Counted from the stretch's first letter, positions 8,421 through 17,716 are shown. The stretch is 64,000 bases of DNA from Candidatus Woesearchaeota archaeon (GCA_964533515.1 CAZHMB010000001.1:8640-72639); one strand, 5' to 3'. The notes: a model not told the origin generated them from the sequence alone. Translations and numbers: made by a program.

Positions 8421-10163
8421 TTATTTTACAATTTTCCCTGCGTTTTCTAATTTTATTTCAGAATTTATTAATTTTCTCAAAATTTCTTTTAATTCAGAAA
8501 TTTTTACACGAATTTGTTTTTCAGAATCGCGATCTCTTAAGGTGACGTCGCTGTTTTTTAAGGAATCAAAATCTATTGTTATTGCGAAAGGCGTCCCTGC
8601 AATTGCAGATCTTAAGTATCTCTTACCAATAGAACCAGATTCATCATAATCAACAACCACTTCATTCTCAAGATTTTCTTTTATCTTCTTTGCAACTTTA
8701 ATCAACTCTGGTTTTTTCATCAAAGGAAAAATAGAAACCGCTATAGGTGCCATTGAATATGGGACCCTAAAGATTGTTTTTCCTTCTCCTTCAGATTTTC
8801 GGTCATAAAAAAGATCAATCAGCGTGTAAGTTGGCCTATCAGTACCAAAAGCAATTTCTAATACGTGGGGGACAAACTTTTCTCCATTTTCTCTTGTGGC
8901 TTCTAATTTTTTCCCAGAAAATTTTGCATGTTGCTTTAGATCATAATCCGTTCTATCATGAACCCCACAACACTCTGTCCATCCAAAACTATTTAATTTT
9001 ATTTCTATATCCCATGCGTCGTCAGCATAAAATGCTTTTTCGTCGGGATGGTGTTGTCTTAATCTAATTCTCTCTTTTGGAATTCCAAAACCTAAAAATT
9101 GTTGGTAGGCTAACCAAATGCACCACCCATATGCTTGACTCTTAATGAATTTCTTTTTCAACGCTTCTTCGAGAGTAATCGTAATCGGTTCTTTTTCTGC
9201 GTCTTGAGATTTGTGATCCCAGAATGGAAGCTTCTCCTTTTTTATTTCCTGAAATTGTTCCCAATCATTTTTTGTCTTCGGATCAACAAATATCTGGCCT
9301 TCTGCCTGAGTAAATTCCCTTCCCCTTAATACATTCTGTCTTGGAGAGATCTCATTTCTATAGGCCTTACCTATTTGGAAAACTCCAAGAGGTAATTTTT
9401 TCCTGAAATAATTATAAAATCTTAAATAGGGAAGATAAGTGACCGTTGCAGTTTCTGGTCTCAGCGAGGCTTCCACTCCAGCAACTTTGGTCTTCATCAT
9501 CAAACTTTGTGTTTCAATCGCTTTTTCGAAATTTCCTTTGCAAGAAGGACACTTAATATCCTTTTGATTAATAAAATTAATTAATTTTTCGTTGCTCCAT
9601 GCGTCTGCCGCCACATCAAATTTCTCTTCAATGATTTTATCCGCTCTGAAAACAGCCTTACACTTTGAACATTTAATTGTTCTATCTTTGAAGGTTTCTA
9701 AATGTCCTGAAGCTTTCCAAACAACATCCGGTAAAACTGTTGGCCCTTCCAATTCTCGCAAACCGTTTGCATTAAAAATTTTTCTTACAGAATTCTCCAC
9801 TTTATTTTTTAATAATTTCCCTAAGGGACCATATGTATAAAAACCCGCTAGCCCCCCATAAATTTCTGGTTCTGGGCCCCAAATAAAACCCGATTCACTT
9901 ACGAAGCTAGCAAACTCTTTTTCATCATCGGTTGAATTGCTTGTTTTTTCTACTGCATTATCTTCTTTTTGTTCTTCCATGTTTTGTTGTTTATTTTTTT
10001 GCTTATTTAAATCTTTCATAATTTTTTTAGATTTCTCCTCGGCTTGTTTCTTGTTTGCCCCCAGATAAGCGAGGGTTATTGCTTTTACTTTGCCATCTAT
10101 CCTTTTTGATTCTCTTAAATAAAAGTAATCTTTATCGTTGATCTTCTTTTTTACTACAAACAT
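8421..10163 (-). CDS. glyS: glycyl-tRNA synthetase (alpha2 type) with N-terminal extension
   Basis: IYGGLAGFYTYGPLG, LRPETA, QIGKAYRNEISPR, REFTQAE, HGTP anticodon domain (SIGKRY...GTPFAITIDF). Confidence 0.96.
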   Translation of the reverse strand: MFVVKKKINDKDYFYLRESKRIDGKVKAITLAYLGANKKQAEEKSKKIMKDLNKQKNKQQNMEEQKEDNAVEKTSNSTDDEKEFASFVSESGFIWGPEPEIYGGLAGFYTYGPLGKLLKNKVENSVRKIFNANGLRELEGPTVLPDVVWKASGHLETFKDRTIKCSKCKAVFRADKIIEEKFDVAADAWSNEKLINFINQKDIKCPSCKGNFEKAIETQSLMMKTKVAGVEASLRPETATVTYLPYLRFYNYFRKKLPLGVFQIGKAYRNEISPRQNVLRGREFTQAEGQIFVDPKTKNDWEQFQEIKKEKLPFWDHKSQDAEKEPITITLEEALKKKFIKSQAYGWCIWLAYQQFLGFGIPKERIRLRQHHPDEKAFYADDAWDIEIKLNSFGWTECCGVHDRTDYDLKQHAKFSGKKLEATRENGEKFVPHVLEIAFGTDRPTYTLIDLFYDRKSEGEGKTIFRVPYSMAPIAVSIFPLMKKPELIKVAKKIKENLENEVVVDYDESGSIGKRYLRSAIAGTPFAITIDFDSLKNSDVTLRDRDSEKQIRVKISELKEILRKLINSEIKLENAGKIVK

Positions 10164-10245
10164 GTTATAGGCACTACAAATAAGTTTATAAATTTTGGGG
10201 TGTGGTGGGTAATGTAGTGGTTAAGGGGGGTTTAGGTACTACAAA
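10153..10245. promoter_or_regulatory. Repeated ACTACAAA/TGTAGT boxes around the glyS promoter
   Basis: ACTACAAA at 10153, 10173 and 10238, inverted TGTAGT at 10213, TTTATAAA at 10185-10192. Confidence 0.5.
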
Positions 10246-10248
10246 AAA

Positions 10249-10899
10249 CTATTTACGTGAAAATTTCCCATTAATAATAAAACTCTTTATCTGCTCAAAA
10301 ACTTCGGGGCTTGAAACCAGTTCTCTATGGGCCAAGTTTAACTTTATAAAATCTCTTGAATTTATCAGCTTTGTTTCTTCTAAAAAAACCTTGCTATCAG
10401 AACCTTTATTATTAACAAAAAAAGGTAAGAGATAAGAATCTGGATTGAAAAAATGGAATCTTTTTGTTCCAGCTATTATTCCTATTTCTCCTTTAAACTT
10501 CATCTTGAATATCTCTTGCTTATTCTCTAAAAAATCTTCAACAACACTTCCTATCCGGGTCTTTTTTATTAATTTGTATTCAGACATTTTTTGGAGAATC
10601 TTTGCCCCGCTATTGATCGGCGCTGTCTGAACAATCCTCTCCTTTTTGGTATTGAATCTATTTAAAAAAAGTCTCAGGATAATTGCTCCAAAACTGTGGG
10701 TTACAAAATTAGGTTTATTGATATTATTCCTCCTGATGAAATCCTTTAATTCATTGATTATTTCATTAAATTTAGATTCGCTAGACCAATTGAAGAAATA
10801 AACATTAAAATATTTTGAGAGATAATCAATCATCTTCTGAAAATCTCTCTTCTTTCTTTTATCAATACCAAGCCCGGGAATAATTATTACATTTTTCAT
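10249..10899 (-). CDS. alpha/beta hydrolase (esterase/lipase-like)
   Basis: VIIIPGL, THSFG nucleophile elbow, DSKV...AH. Start moved to 10899 because the longer ORF runs into tRNA-Cys. Confidence 0.85.
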   Translation of the reverse strand: MKNVIIIPGLGIDKRKKRDFQKMIDYLSKYFNVYFFNWSSESKFNEIINELKDFIRRNNINKPNFVTHSFGAIILRLFLNRFNTKKERIVQTAPINSGAKILQKMSEYKLIKKTRIGSVVEDFLENKQEIFKMKFKGEIGIIAGTKRFHFFNPDSYLLPFFVNNKGSDSKVFLEETKLINSRDFIKLNLAHRELVSSPEVFEQIKSFIINGKFSRK

Positions 10900-10911
10900 C
10901 TTGAATATAAA

Positions 10912-10984
10912 AGCGCAGGCTGGGACTCGAACCCAGGAATTTCCGGGCTGCAACCGAAAGCAGTAGCCGCTGTGCCACCTGCGC
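10912..10984 (-). tRNA. tRNA-Cys(GCA)
   Basis: GCGCAGG/CCTGCGC acceptor, U73, loop TTGCAGC, T arm CTGGG-TTCGAGT-CCCAG. Confidence 0.95.
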
Positions 10985-10987
10985 AAA

Positions 10988-11062
10988 CGCCCGGGACAGG
11001 ATTCGAACCTGCGACCTACTGCTTAGAAGGCAGTCGCTCTATCCAGGCTGAGCTACCCGGGC
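10988..11062 (-). tRNA. tRNA-Arg(UCU)
   Basis: GCCCGGG/CCCGGGC, ACTGC-CTTCTAA-GCAGT, GCAGG-TTCGAAT-CCTGT. Confidence 0.97.
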
Positions 11063-11134
11063 ATGAAAATATCACCAATGAATTGTATTTAAAGTTTCCG
11101 ACAAGCATAAAAACCCTTCTCGCCTCTACCAATT

Positions 11135-12043
11135 ATGACTGAAAAAGTTAAAATAACCTTCTTAGGAACGGCGGGAAGCATGCCCAGTGCGAACAGGAAT
11201 CCGACGAGTATCTTGCTTTCATATAACCAAGAGAATATCCTTATTGATTGCGGAGAGGGAACGCAAAGACAAATGAGAAAAGCGAAAATTAATCCTTGTA
11301 AGATAAACAAGGTTTTGATAACTCATTGGCACGGCGACCATATTTTTGGATTGCCCGGACTTTTTCAAACTCTTGTTTTAAGTGGATACAACAGAGAAAT
11401 GCAAATATTTGGACCCCCTGGAACTAAAGACTTTCTTAAAAACTTTATAGGGATCTTTGTTCCGGTTTTCAAATTTTCTGCTGATTCAAAAGAAGTTTCA
11501 TCTGGGAAGTTCTTTGAGGATAAGGATTTTTATCTCGAAGCAGAGAAAATGACCCACGGCGGTACTAAATGTAATGCATATTCTTTTGTTATAAAAGACA
11601 AGATCAGAATTGATAAAAAGAAATTAAAGAAATCTAAAATTCCTGCGGGGCCTTTATTGCAGAAAATTTCGCAAGGAAAGGACGTTGTTTACAAAGGTAA
11701 AAAGTTCAAGTCAAAGAACTTGACTTATGTTGAAAAAGGTAGGAAGATCTCTTTTGTTTTGGATACAAGTATCAATTCGAAGATTTCAAAATTTGTTAAA
11801 GACGCTGATTTATTAATTATTGAATCAACTTTAGAAGAAAGTTTAGAAAAGCTAGCTAAAGAACACGGGCACCTAACTTCAAAGCAAGCTTCTGAGATTG
11901 CGAAGAAAGCAAAAGTGAAAAGATTGATTATTACACATTTGAGCCCGAGATATGAAAAATCTTCGGAGAAGATTTTGGCAGAGGCAAAAAAGGTTTTTAA
12001 GAAAACAGAATTGGTTAGGGACTTTGATGTTTTGGAATTGTAA
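11135..12043 (+). CDS. rnz: ribonuclease Z
   Basis: FLGTAGSMP, IDCGEGTQRQ, THWHGDH, HLT, THLSPRY. Confidence 0.96.
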   Translation: MTEKVKITFLGTAGSMPSANRNPTSILLSYNQENILIDCGEGTQRQMRKAKINPCKINKVLITHWHGDHIFGLPGLFQTLVLSGYNREMQIFGPPGTKDFLKNFIGIFVPVFKFSADSKEVSSGKFFEDKDFYLEAEKMTHGGTKCNAYSFVIKDKIRIDKKKLKKSKIPAGPLLQKISQGKDVVYKGKKFKSKNLTYVEKGRKISFVLDTSINSKISKFVKDADLLIIESTLEESLEKLAKEHGHLTSKQASEIAKKAKVKRLIITHLSPRYEKSSEKILAEAKKVFKKTELVRDFDVLEL

Positions 12044-12058
12044 GAATAGAATTGGGAA

Positions 12059-12472
12059 TCAAGAAGTTGAGGCATAATCTAATCTCGCTAGTAAAGGGTT
12101 TCTATGTAAAAATCCTTTTCTTTGTAACCTTCTTGCCATTGCTTCGTCTTGTTTTTGCCTTTTAATTTCATCTTGTGCTCTGACTTCTGTAATTTCTTCT
12201 TCACTTAACCTCCTCAAATCAAATTTCTGATTATGTATCCATAATTGCCTTGGGCGCGGATTTGTGGGGGGCTGTAAATTTTGAACCGCCAACCACATAG
12301 AAGGGTCTCTTAAAGCATAACCCTCTCCAAATCCAAATCTCATAAAATCCCTATAAAGTTTCAAAGTTGTCCTGGTATTTAAAGAGGCTAAATCCAAATC
12401 TTGAGAAGTTATCTTCAAAACCAGATCATTATTGTACAAAACATTCATGCGAGCAACACCCCCATATTTCAT
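12059..12472 (-). CDS. hypothetical protein
   Basis: 137-aa ATG ORF. Confidence 0.6.
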   Translation of the reverse strand: MKYGGVARMNVLYNNDLVLKITSQDLDLASLNTRTTLKLYRDFMRFGFGEGYALRDPSMWLAVQNLQPPTNPRPRQLWIHNQKFDLRRLSEEEITEVRAQDEIKRQKQDEAMARRLQRKGFLHRNPLLARLDYASTS

Positions 12473-12596
12473 TTTAACTAAAATTAATCGAGGTTATTAA
12501 AGATTGTTGTAATTGAGAATATATCCCAGTCTCAACTATCCTCAATTACTTGAAGAAACCTGCCGTAGCGAAATCAATTCGACAAACGCTTTGTTA

Positions 12597-12845
12597 TTAT
12601 TCCTTTGATGCTGTTGATGCAGGAGAGATATAAATTATTGTATCTCCTCGAAGAAAAGTCAATCCGATGTTTTTTTTCACTTCACCGTCGACCATTTCTT
12701 TTGCATTGTCTAAGACAAGGTTTATATGTATATCAAAAGCCAAAAGCTTTCCTACAAATTGCCTGTCTCCTTTCAACTGAACAAGAACTTCTTTCTCTTT
12801 CGAGTTGTTCAGCAGATCCAAAGGTCTTTCAATTCCATTAACCAT
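12597..12845 (-). CDS. Sm-like (Lsm/SmAP1) RNA-binding protein
   Basis: RPLDLL, GKLLAFDIHINLVL (Sm1), FLRGDTI (Sm2). Confidence 0.95.
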   Translation of the reverse strand: MVNGIERPLDLLNNSKEKEVLVQLKGDRQFVGKLLAFDIHINLVLDNAKEMVDGEVKKNIGLTFLRGDTIIYISPASTASKE

Positions 12846-12959
12846 TTTATTTTACGCCCAATAAAGGACTAAACTTATTTTGGGCAAGGAGTTTTTAAAT
12901 CTGTTGGTGAGTTGGAAATGTTTGGAAACATTTTTAAACAACATTGAATTTTTGTTGAC

Positions 12960-13673
12960 ATGAATTTTATAAAAAAGATTTTCGATGATGTAGTCGACGA
13001 AGATACACATTTGCAATTCCAAAAATTTTCTAAAGGTGAATTCAAAAATAAAGCATTTATTCAAGCAAAGCAACAAGCAAAGAAATGGAAAATAAACACT
13101 TCTGCAGAATTTGCAAATGGGCTTGTCAGAGATGTTGCTGAAAAGTTATTTGAAGGTGAGAGAGTTCAAGTTACTGGGGCGATTGTTTATACTGGTGACT
13201 TGCCTGAGGGAGTTGAATATAAGGACAAGAAACAATTTCAAGGTGTTAAAAGATATCTTTTAGATACTGAACTTTCAAAAGAAGAAATTTTGGGCATGAT
13301 GGACACTTTGCCGAAGGCTTTTTTTGCTTTGAGTTTCAAAACTTCTGACGGGGCAACAGACTTGAAAATAAAACCTAAAGCTCCAAAATCTGGAAAGCCC
13401 GGGAAAGGAGATGAAAAACCAAAGATTAATTTTTGCAGATTGACAACAACAGATAAATCTTTTACAGAAGATTTTGTTTTCGAAAATCCTAATTTCAAAG
13501 AAGTTTTGTTGAGTCATACTTTTGTTATAGACAATCTTGAGATCCCCGAGGAATCTAAAAAATCTGGAGATTTCAAAAAAATGAGAGAAGATGCTTTTAG
13601 AGTTGGAAAATTGGTCAGAACAGGTGAGATTGACGGTCAGAAAATAGAAAAAGAAATTGAGATGAAAGTTTAA
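12960..13673 (+). CDS. conserved hypothetical protein
   Basis: 237-aa ORF after TATA, HLQFQKFSKGEF motif. Confidence 0.85.
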   Translation: MNFIKKIFDDVVDEDTHLQFQKFSKGEFKNKAFIQAKQQAKKWKINTSAEFANGLVRDVAEKLFEGERVQVTGAIVYTGDLPEGVEYKDKKQFQGVKRYLLDTELSKEEILGMMDTLPKAFFALSFKTSDGATDLKIKPKAPKSGKPGKGDEKPKINFCRLTTTDKSFTEDFVFENPNFKEVLLSHTFVIDNLEIPEESKKSGDFKKMREDAFRVGKLVRTGEIDGQKIEKEIEMKV

Positions 13674-13674
13674 A

Positions 13675-13830
13675 ATGAATTTGGAGATTAAAGAGTCGGA
13701 TAATTTTGGATATGATGTTCTTTTGGACGGCGGTTTATTCAGATATTGTAAAACTTATTCTGAATTGGTGACTACTGTTGATTCTTTGGTGAAATCAAGG
13801 TTTAATGAAGATGCTGAAGGATTTGCTTGA
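13675..13830 (+). CDS. small hypothetical protein (51 aa, MNLEIKESDNFG...)
   Basis: Hand-translated, TAA-A-ATG coupled to upstream gene. Confidence 0.5.
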   Translation: MNLEIKESDNFGYDVLLDGGLFRYCKTYSELVTTVDSLVKSRFNEDAEGFA

Positions 13831-13890
13831 AAAAATAGTTACTCCATAATAATTCTAAAAGGTTAAATATACATGATGCTTGGATAAAGA

Positions 13891-14238
13891 ATGAGCCGAA
13901 TTATTAAAGAAAATGTGGACAAGGCAAGTCTTGCTAAATTTTTGACTGAAATTTGCGGTGTTTCCTTGCCTTGTGCAATGGATCCCGATGTAATCAATTT
14001 GGATGTGGCCTAGGTAGAAAGAACTTTGGAACTTGAGGGTCGAGATTACTATCAGCTCTGTTTAGAACCAACAAAAGAACATGGAAGAGTTGATTATAAA
14101 ATCCGTGGAAAACCCCGATTTCCCTATAAAAACCGCGGAAAAGCATATCTCTGTTCCAATCCCGAAAGAGTTATTGATGGGCGATTCCATAAGATGCATC
14201 CGAGATATGAACACCGAGATACCGAAGCCGTCGATTAA
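13891..14238 (+). pseudogene. hypothetical gene interrupted by in-frame TAG at codon 41
   Basis: ATG 13891 after TATA-like tract, TAG 14011-14013, same frame continues to TAA 14238. Confidence 0.5.
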
Positions 14239-14334
14239 GATTCCCACCAAAACGCTTATAAACCTAATTTTTCTTGCAAATATATTCCAGGGTAAATAAA
14301 ATGTTAACCGCTAGTTATACAAATACAATAAGAA

Positions 14335-14394
14335 ATGCCAACAATGAAAATAAGGAAATTTTCAAGCCGGCATTTTCAAGGACACCAGGAATAA
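14335..14394 (+). CDS. leader mini-ORF MPTMKIRKFSSRHFQGHQE upstream of rpl3
   Basis: 19 aa, stop 3 nt before rpl3 ATG, carries the shared spacer element. Confidence 0.4.
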   Translation: MPTMKIRKFSSRHFQGHQE

Positions 14395-14397
14395 AAA

Positions 14398-15360
14398 ATG
14401 CCAACAAGAAAATCACCAAGGAAAGGAAGTTTACAATTTTGGCCAAGAAAACGGGCTAAAAAGTTTTTACCTAGAGTTAACTGGAACCACATTAATTCTA
14501 AATTATCCTCTGAGGCAAAAGGTTTGTCGGGCTTTATATGTTATAAGGCCGGGATGAAATCTGCTTATCTAACGGACAACACCGAAAAATCGATGACCGC
14601 CGGAAGGAAGATGACAATTCCCTGCACAATTCTTTCTTGCCCGCATATGAAGATTCTCTCTGTGCGATTCTATAAAGACCAACTTCCTATTTCTGACATA
14701 TTAAACATTAATTCTCTCGACAAAGAACTTAAGAGAAAAATAAAAATTCCAAAAACTTATACTAAAAAAATTGAAGACGTGAAATCTGAAGATTACGATA
14801 ATCTTTCTATCGTTGCTTATTCTGTTGTTAAAAGTTCTGGCCTGAAAAAAACTCCAGACATCGTTGAAATTGGCTTGGCTGGAAGTAAAGAAGATAAACT
14901 TAATTTTGTTAAAGAAAATTTGGTGAAAGAGTTGAGCGTTGTTGATTTTTTCCAAGATGGTGAACTAACTGATCTTCGAGGATTGACAAAAGGTAAAGGA
15001 ACTCAGGGGCCGGTTAAGAGATTCGGTTTAAATCTAAAAGTTGCTAAATCGGAAAAAGGGCAGAGAAGGCCGGGAAGTCTTGGCCCATGGCATCCTGCAA
15101 GAGTTATTTTTAGAGTTCCAATGATGGGACAAATGGGTTTGAACACAAGAGTTATTTATAATAATAAAATAATTAATGTTGGAAAATCCGGAGAAAAAAA
15201 TATTTTAGGTCTGAAAAATTTCGGAGACGTGAAAACGGATTATGTTGTCGTTGCTGGAAGCGTTCAAGGCCCTTCAAAAAGACAACTTGTTTTGACAAGA
15301 GCGATGAGACCGACTAAAGCCCAATTAAAAAAGAATTACGACTTTGTGGAGTTAAGATAA
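14398..15360 (+). CDS. rpl3: 50S ribosomal protein L3
   Basis: PRKGSLQFWPRKRA, TKGKGTQGPVKRFG, GSLGPWHP. Confidence 0.97.
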   Translation: MPTRKSPRKGSLQFWPRKRAKKFLPRVNWNHINSKLSSEAKGLSGFICYKAGMKSAYLTDNTEKSMTAGRKMTIPCTILSCPHMKILSVRFYKDQLPISDILNINSLDKELKRKIKIPKTYTKKIEDVKSEDYDNLSIVAYSVVKSSGLKKTPDIVEIGLAGSKEDKLNFVKENLVKELSVVDFFQDGELTDLRGLTKGKGTQGPVKRFGLNLKVAKSEKGQRRPGSLGPWHPARVIFRVPMMGQMGLNTRVIYNNKIINVGKSGEKNILGLKNFGDVKTDYVVVAGSVQGPSKRQLVLTRAMRPTKAQLKKNYDFVELR

Positions 15361-15848
15361 TGACAGAAGATACATTAAAAGATTTGAAAGAAAAATTTGA
15401 AGCTGAGAAAAAGAAACTTGGTTTTAGTTCAAGCTTTGAAGAACTGGATGAAATATTCTACGTGAAAGATGCAATTATGGAAAAAGGTTTTGTTAGTGAA
15501 GAATTTTCTAGGCAACTTTGTGGAAGAATTGTTGAAACTTACCAGGGATGGGCAGCTTATTTACATAGTTTGATCATGCCGAATCCACAAAACTTGTTGA
15601 ATATGGGCGAGAGTAAGATATTCAACAATGATGAGAAAACAAAAATTACAAACTTGATGAAAATCGCAATGGAAATTAGTAGCAGAAATAGCTGGATTGG
15701 TCTAGCTAAGGATGTTGGAGAAGAGAAAAATTTTATTGACGATTCTGTTAACGTATGGAAAGAAAAATTCGGGGAAGAATTAACAGAAATAATGAAAAAA
15801 GTTAACAAAGAATGGAAAGAAGAAGCGGACGAGGAGGTCGCAGAATAA
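15360..15848 (+). CDS. acidic hypothetical protein inserted between rpl3 and rpl4
   Basis: 162 aa, TAATG overlap with rpl3, TAA-A-ATG to rpl4. Confidence 0.85.
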   Translation: MTEDTLKDLKEKFEAEKKKLGFSSSFEELDEIFYVKDAIMEKGFVSEEFSRQLCGRIVETYQGWAAYLHSLIMPNPQNLLNMGESKIFNNDEKTKITNLMKIAMEISSRNSWIGLAKDVGEEKNFIDDSVNVWKEKFGEELTEIMKKVNKEWKEEADEEVAE

Positions 15849-15849
15849 A

Positions 15850-16644
15850 ATGACAAAAATAGAAGTTTATGATTTGAATGGGAAAAAGAAATCTCAGGCA
15901 GAATTGCCTAAAGTCTTCTCTGCTCCTATAAAAGAAGAAATTGTTGCTAAGGTTCTTGAGACAATGAAAATTCAACAGCCCTATGGTCCGAATCCAATGG
16001 CAGGAAAAAACACAAGTGCAAGTGGACAACTTGTTCGTAGAAGACATGTTTGGAAAAGTGGTTATGGAAGAGGGGCAAGCAGAGTCCCGAGAAAAATAAC
16101 CTCGAGAAAAGGTAGCCAATTTATATGGGAAGGTGCACAATCACCGAATACAAAAGGCGGTAGAAGAGCGCATCCTCCGATTCCAATCTCTCACATCAAT
16201 ATTAAAAGAATAAATAAAAAGGAAAAGGTACTTGCTCTTAAAAGTGCCTTGAGTGCAACTGCAGATTCGAAGATGGTGCAAGAAAAATATTCTTGTCTTG
16301 CAGATAAAAAAGTCGAGGGCGTTCCTTTTGTTATTGAGATGAAAAATTCTGTGAAGACTAAACAACTTGCTTCTGGAATGAAGAGTATGTTGGGAGATTT
16401 GTATTGCGTTGCTGAAAGGAAAAAATCTATCCGAGGGACAAAAGGAAAATCTAGGGGAAGGAAATACAAGAGATCGGCGGGAATGTTGATAGTTATTGGT
16501 AATGAGGAAATTTTGAAAACGAAATTATTCGAAGTTAAAAAAGCAAGGGAGCTTAATTTAACTGACTTGGCTTCTGGCGGGTTGGGAAGATTGGTTGTTT
16601 ATACTGAAAAAGCAATTAAAGAGATAGGGGAGAATTTCAAATAA
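15850..16644 (+). CDS. rpl4: 50S ribosomal protein L4
   Basis: GRGASRVPR, TKGGRRAHPP, GRLVVYT. Confidence 0.96.
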   Translation: MTKIEVYDLNGKKKSQAELPKVFSAPIKEEIVAKVLETMKIQQPYGPNPMAGKNTSASGQLVRRRHVWKSGYGRGASRVPRKITSRKGSQFIWEGAQSPNTKGGRRAHPPIPISHINIKRINKKEKVLALKSALSATADSKMVQEKYSCLADKKVEGVPFVIEMKNSVKTKQLASGMKSMLGDLYCVAERKKSIRGTKGKSRGRKYKRSAGMLIVIGNEEILKTKLFEVKKARELNLTDLASGGLGRLVVYTEKAIKEIGENFK

Positions 16645-16645
16645 A

Positions 16646-16960
16646 ATGGCTGAGAAAAAAGAAAAACCAAAAGTGAAGGAAAAGGTTGTAGAGAAAAAAC
16701 CTGCGAGAAAAAAATTCATCCAGCTAAAACCCAGAGTAACTGAAAAAGCAATCATGATGCTTGAGTCTCAAAATACTCTTGGATTTGAAATTCCTAAAAT
16801 TGTTAGTAAGGATGAATTGAAGGAAAAAGTTGAGGAAACTTTTGAAGTTAAAGTTGAAAATGTTCGGACACACATTCAGAAAGGAAAGAAATATGCTTAC
16901 GTTAAATTAAAACCAGAGAACTTGGCTATTGATATTGCAACCAAGTTGGGAATGATATAA
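16646..16960 (+). CDS. rpl23: 50S ribosomal protein L23
   Basis: PRVTEKA, KKYAYVKL, operon position. Confidence 0.95.
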   Translation: MAEKKEKPKVKEKVVEKKPARKKFIQLKPRVTEKAIMMLESQNTLGFEIPKIVSKDELKEKVEETFEVKVENVRTHIQKGKKYAYVKLKPENLAIDIATKLGMI

Positions 16961-16961
16961 G

Positions 16962-17657
16962 ATGGGAAAGAGAATAATCCAACAGGCTCGTGGAAAAGGA
17001 AGTTTTAGTTATAGAGTTCCTAAGAAATCTTTTATTTACAAAATGCAATTCCCAAGAAATCTTTCTGGGAAAGGAAAAATTGTTTTGTTATTGAATTCAA
17101 AGGCACATAGTGCTCCTTTGGCTAAGATCAAAGATTCCTCTGGAAATCTTTTTTACGTTCCTGCTGTTGAAGGAATCTATGAGGGACAAGAGATTGAATT
17201 TGGTGGGAAAAACAAAGGGGATATAACTGCTCTGAAAGATATCCCTGTGAAAACAAAGGTTTCAATGATTGAATCTCGTCCGGGCGATGGCGGAAAGTTT
17301 ATAAAAACTGCTGGAAGTTTTTCAACGGTGAATAGAATTATCGAGGGAGATATTTTCCTTGTTATGCCCTCGAAAAAGGAGAAGAAATTCAAAGGAGTTT
17401 GCAGGGCAGTGATAGGAGAAATTGCTGGCGCGGGAAGATTGGACAAACCACTTATGAAAGCGGGGAAGCAACATCACATTAAAAAAGCTAAAAACAAACT
17501 ATGGCCTAGGACGTCTGCATTGAAATTCAATGCGATTGATCACCCTTTCGGTTCTGGTCGTGGAAAGAATCCTAAACCAAAAATCGCGAAGAGAAATGCT
17601 CCTCCGGGGGCTAAAGTTGGCCTATTGAGACCAAGGAGGACCGGTAAGAAAAGATAA
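16962..17657 (+). CDS. rpl2: 50S ribosomal protein L2
   Basis: MGKRIIQQARGKG, IESRPGDGGK, DHPFGSG, APPGAKVG. Confidence 0.97.
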   Translation: MGKRIIQQARGKGSFSYRVPKKSFIYKMQFPRNLSGKGKIVLLLNSKAHSAPLAKIKDSSGNLFYVPAVEGIYEGQEIEFGGKNKGDITALKDIPVKTKVSMIESRPGDGGKFIKTAGSFSTVNRIIEGDIFLVMPSKKEKKFKGVCRAVIGEIAGAGRLDKPLMKAGKQHHIKKAKNKLWPRTSALKFNAIDHPFGSGRGKNPKPKIAKRNAPPGAKVGLLRPRRTGKKR

Positions 17658-17658
17658 A

Positions 17659-17715
17659 ATGGCAATTAATAAAATTAAAAATTTTAAATCCCCCATTTTC
17701 AGGGGAACGAAATAA
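17659..17715 (+). CDS. bridging mini-ORF MAINKIKNFKSPIFRGTK
   Basis: TAA-A-ATG junction with rpl2 and with rps19. Confidence 0.5.
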   Translation: MAINKIKNFKSPIFRGTK

Positions 17716-17716
17716 A

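Noticed and set aside
10050..10163. IS element at the glyS 5' end
   Set aside because: Only a short N-terminal-like segment, with no DDE domain, terminal inverted repeats or target duplication.
10900..10986. N-terminal extension of ORF 10249..10986
   Set aside because: It runs through tRNA-Cys. The hydrolase starts at ATG 10899.
14011..14013. Genome-wide amber recoding or pyrrolysine
   Set aside because: TAG terminates conserved genes in this window and no other conserved gene has internal stops.
14274..14459. 61-aa ORF overlapping the rpl3 start
   Set aside because: Out of frame over conserved rpl3 codons, no recognisable features.
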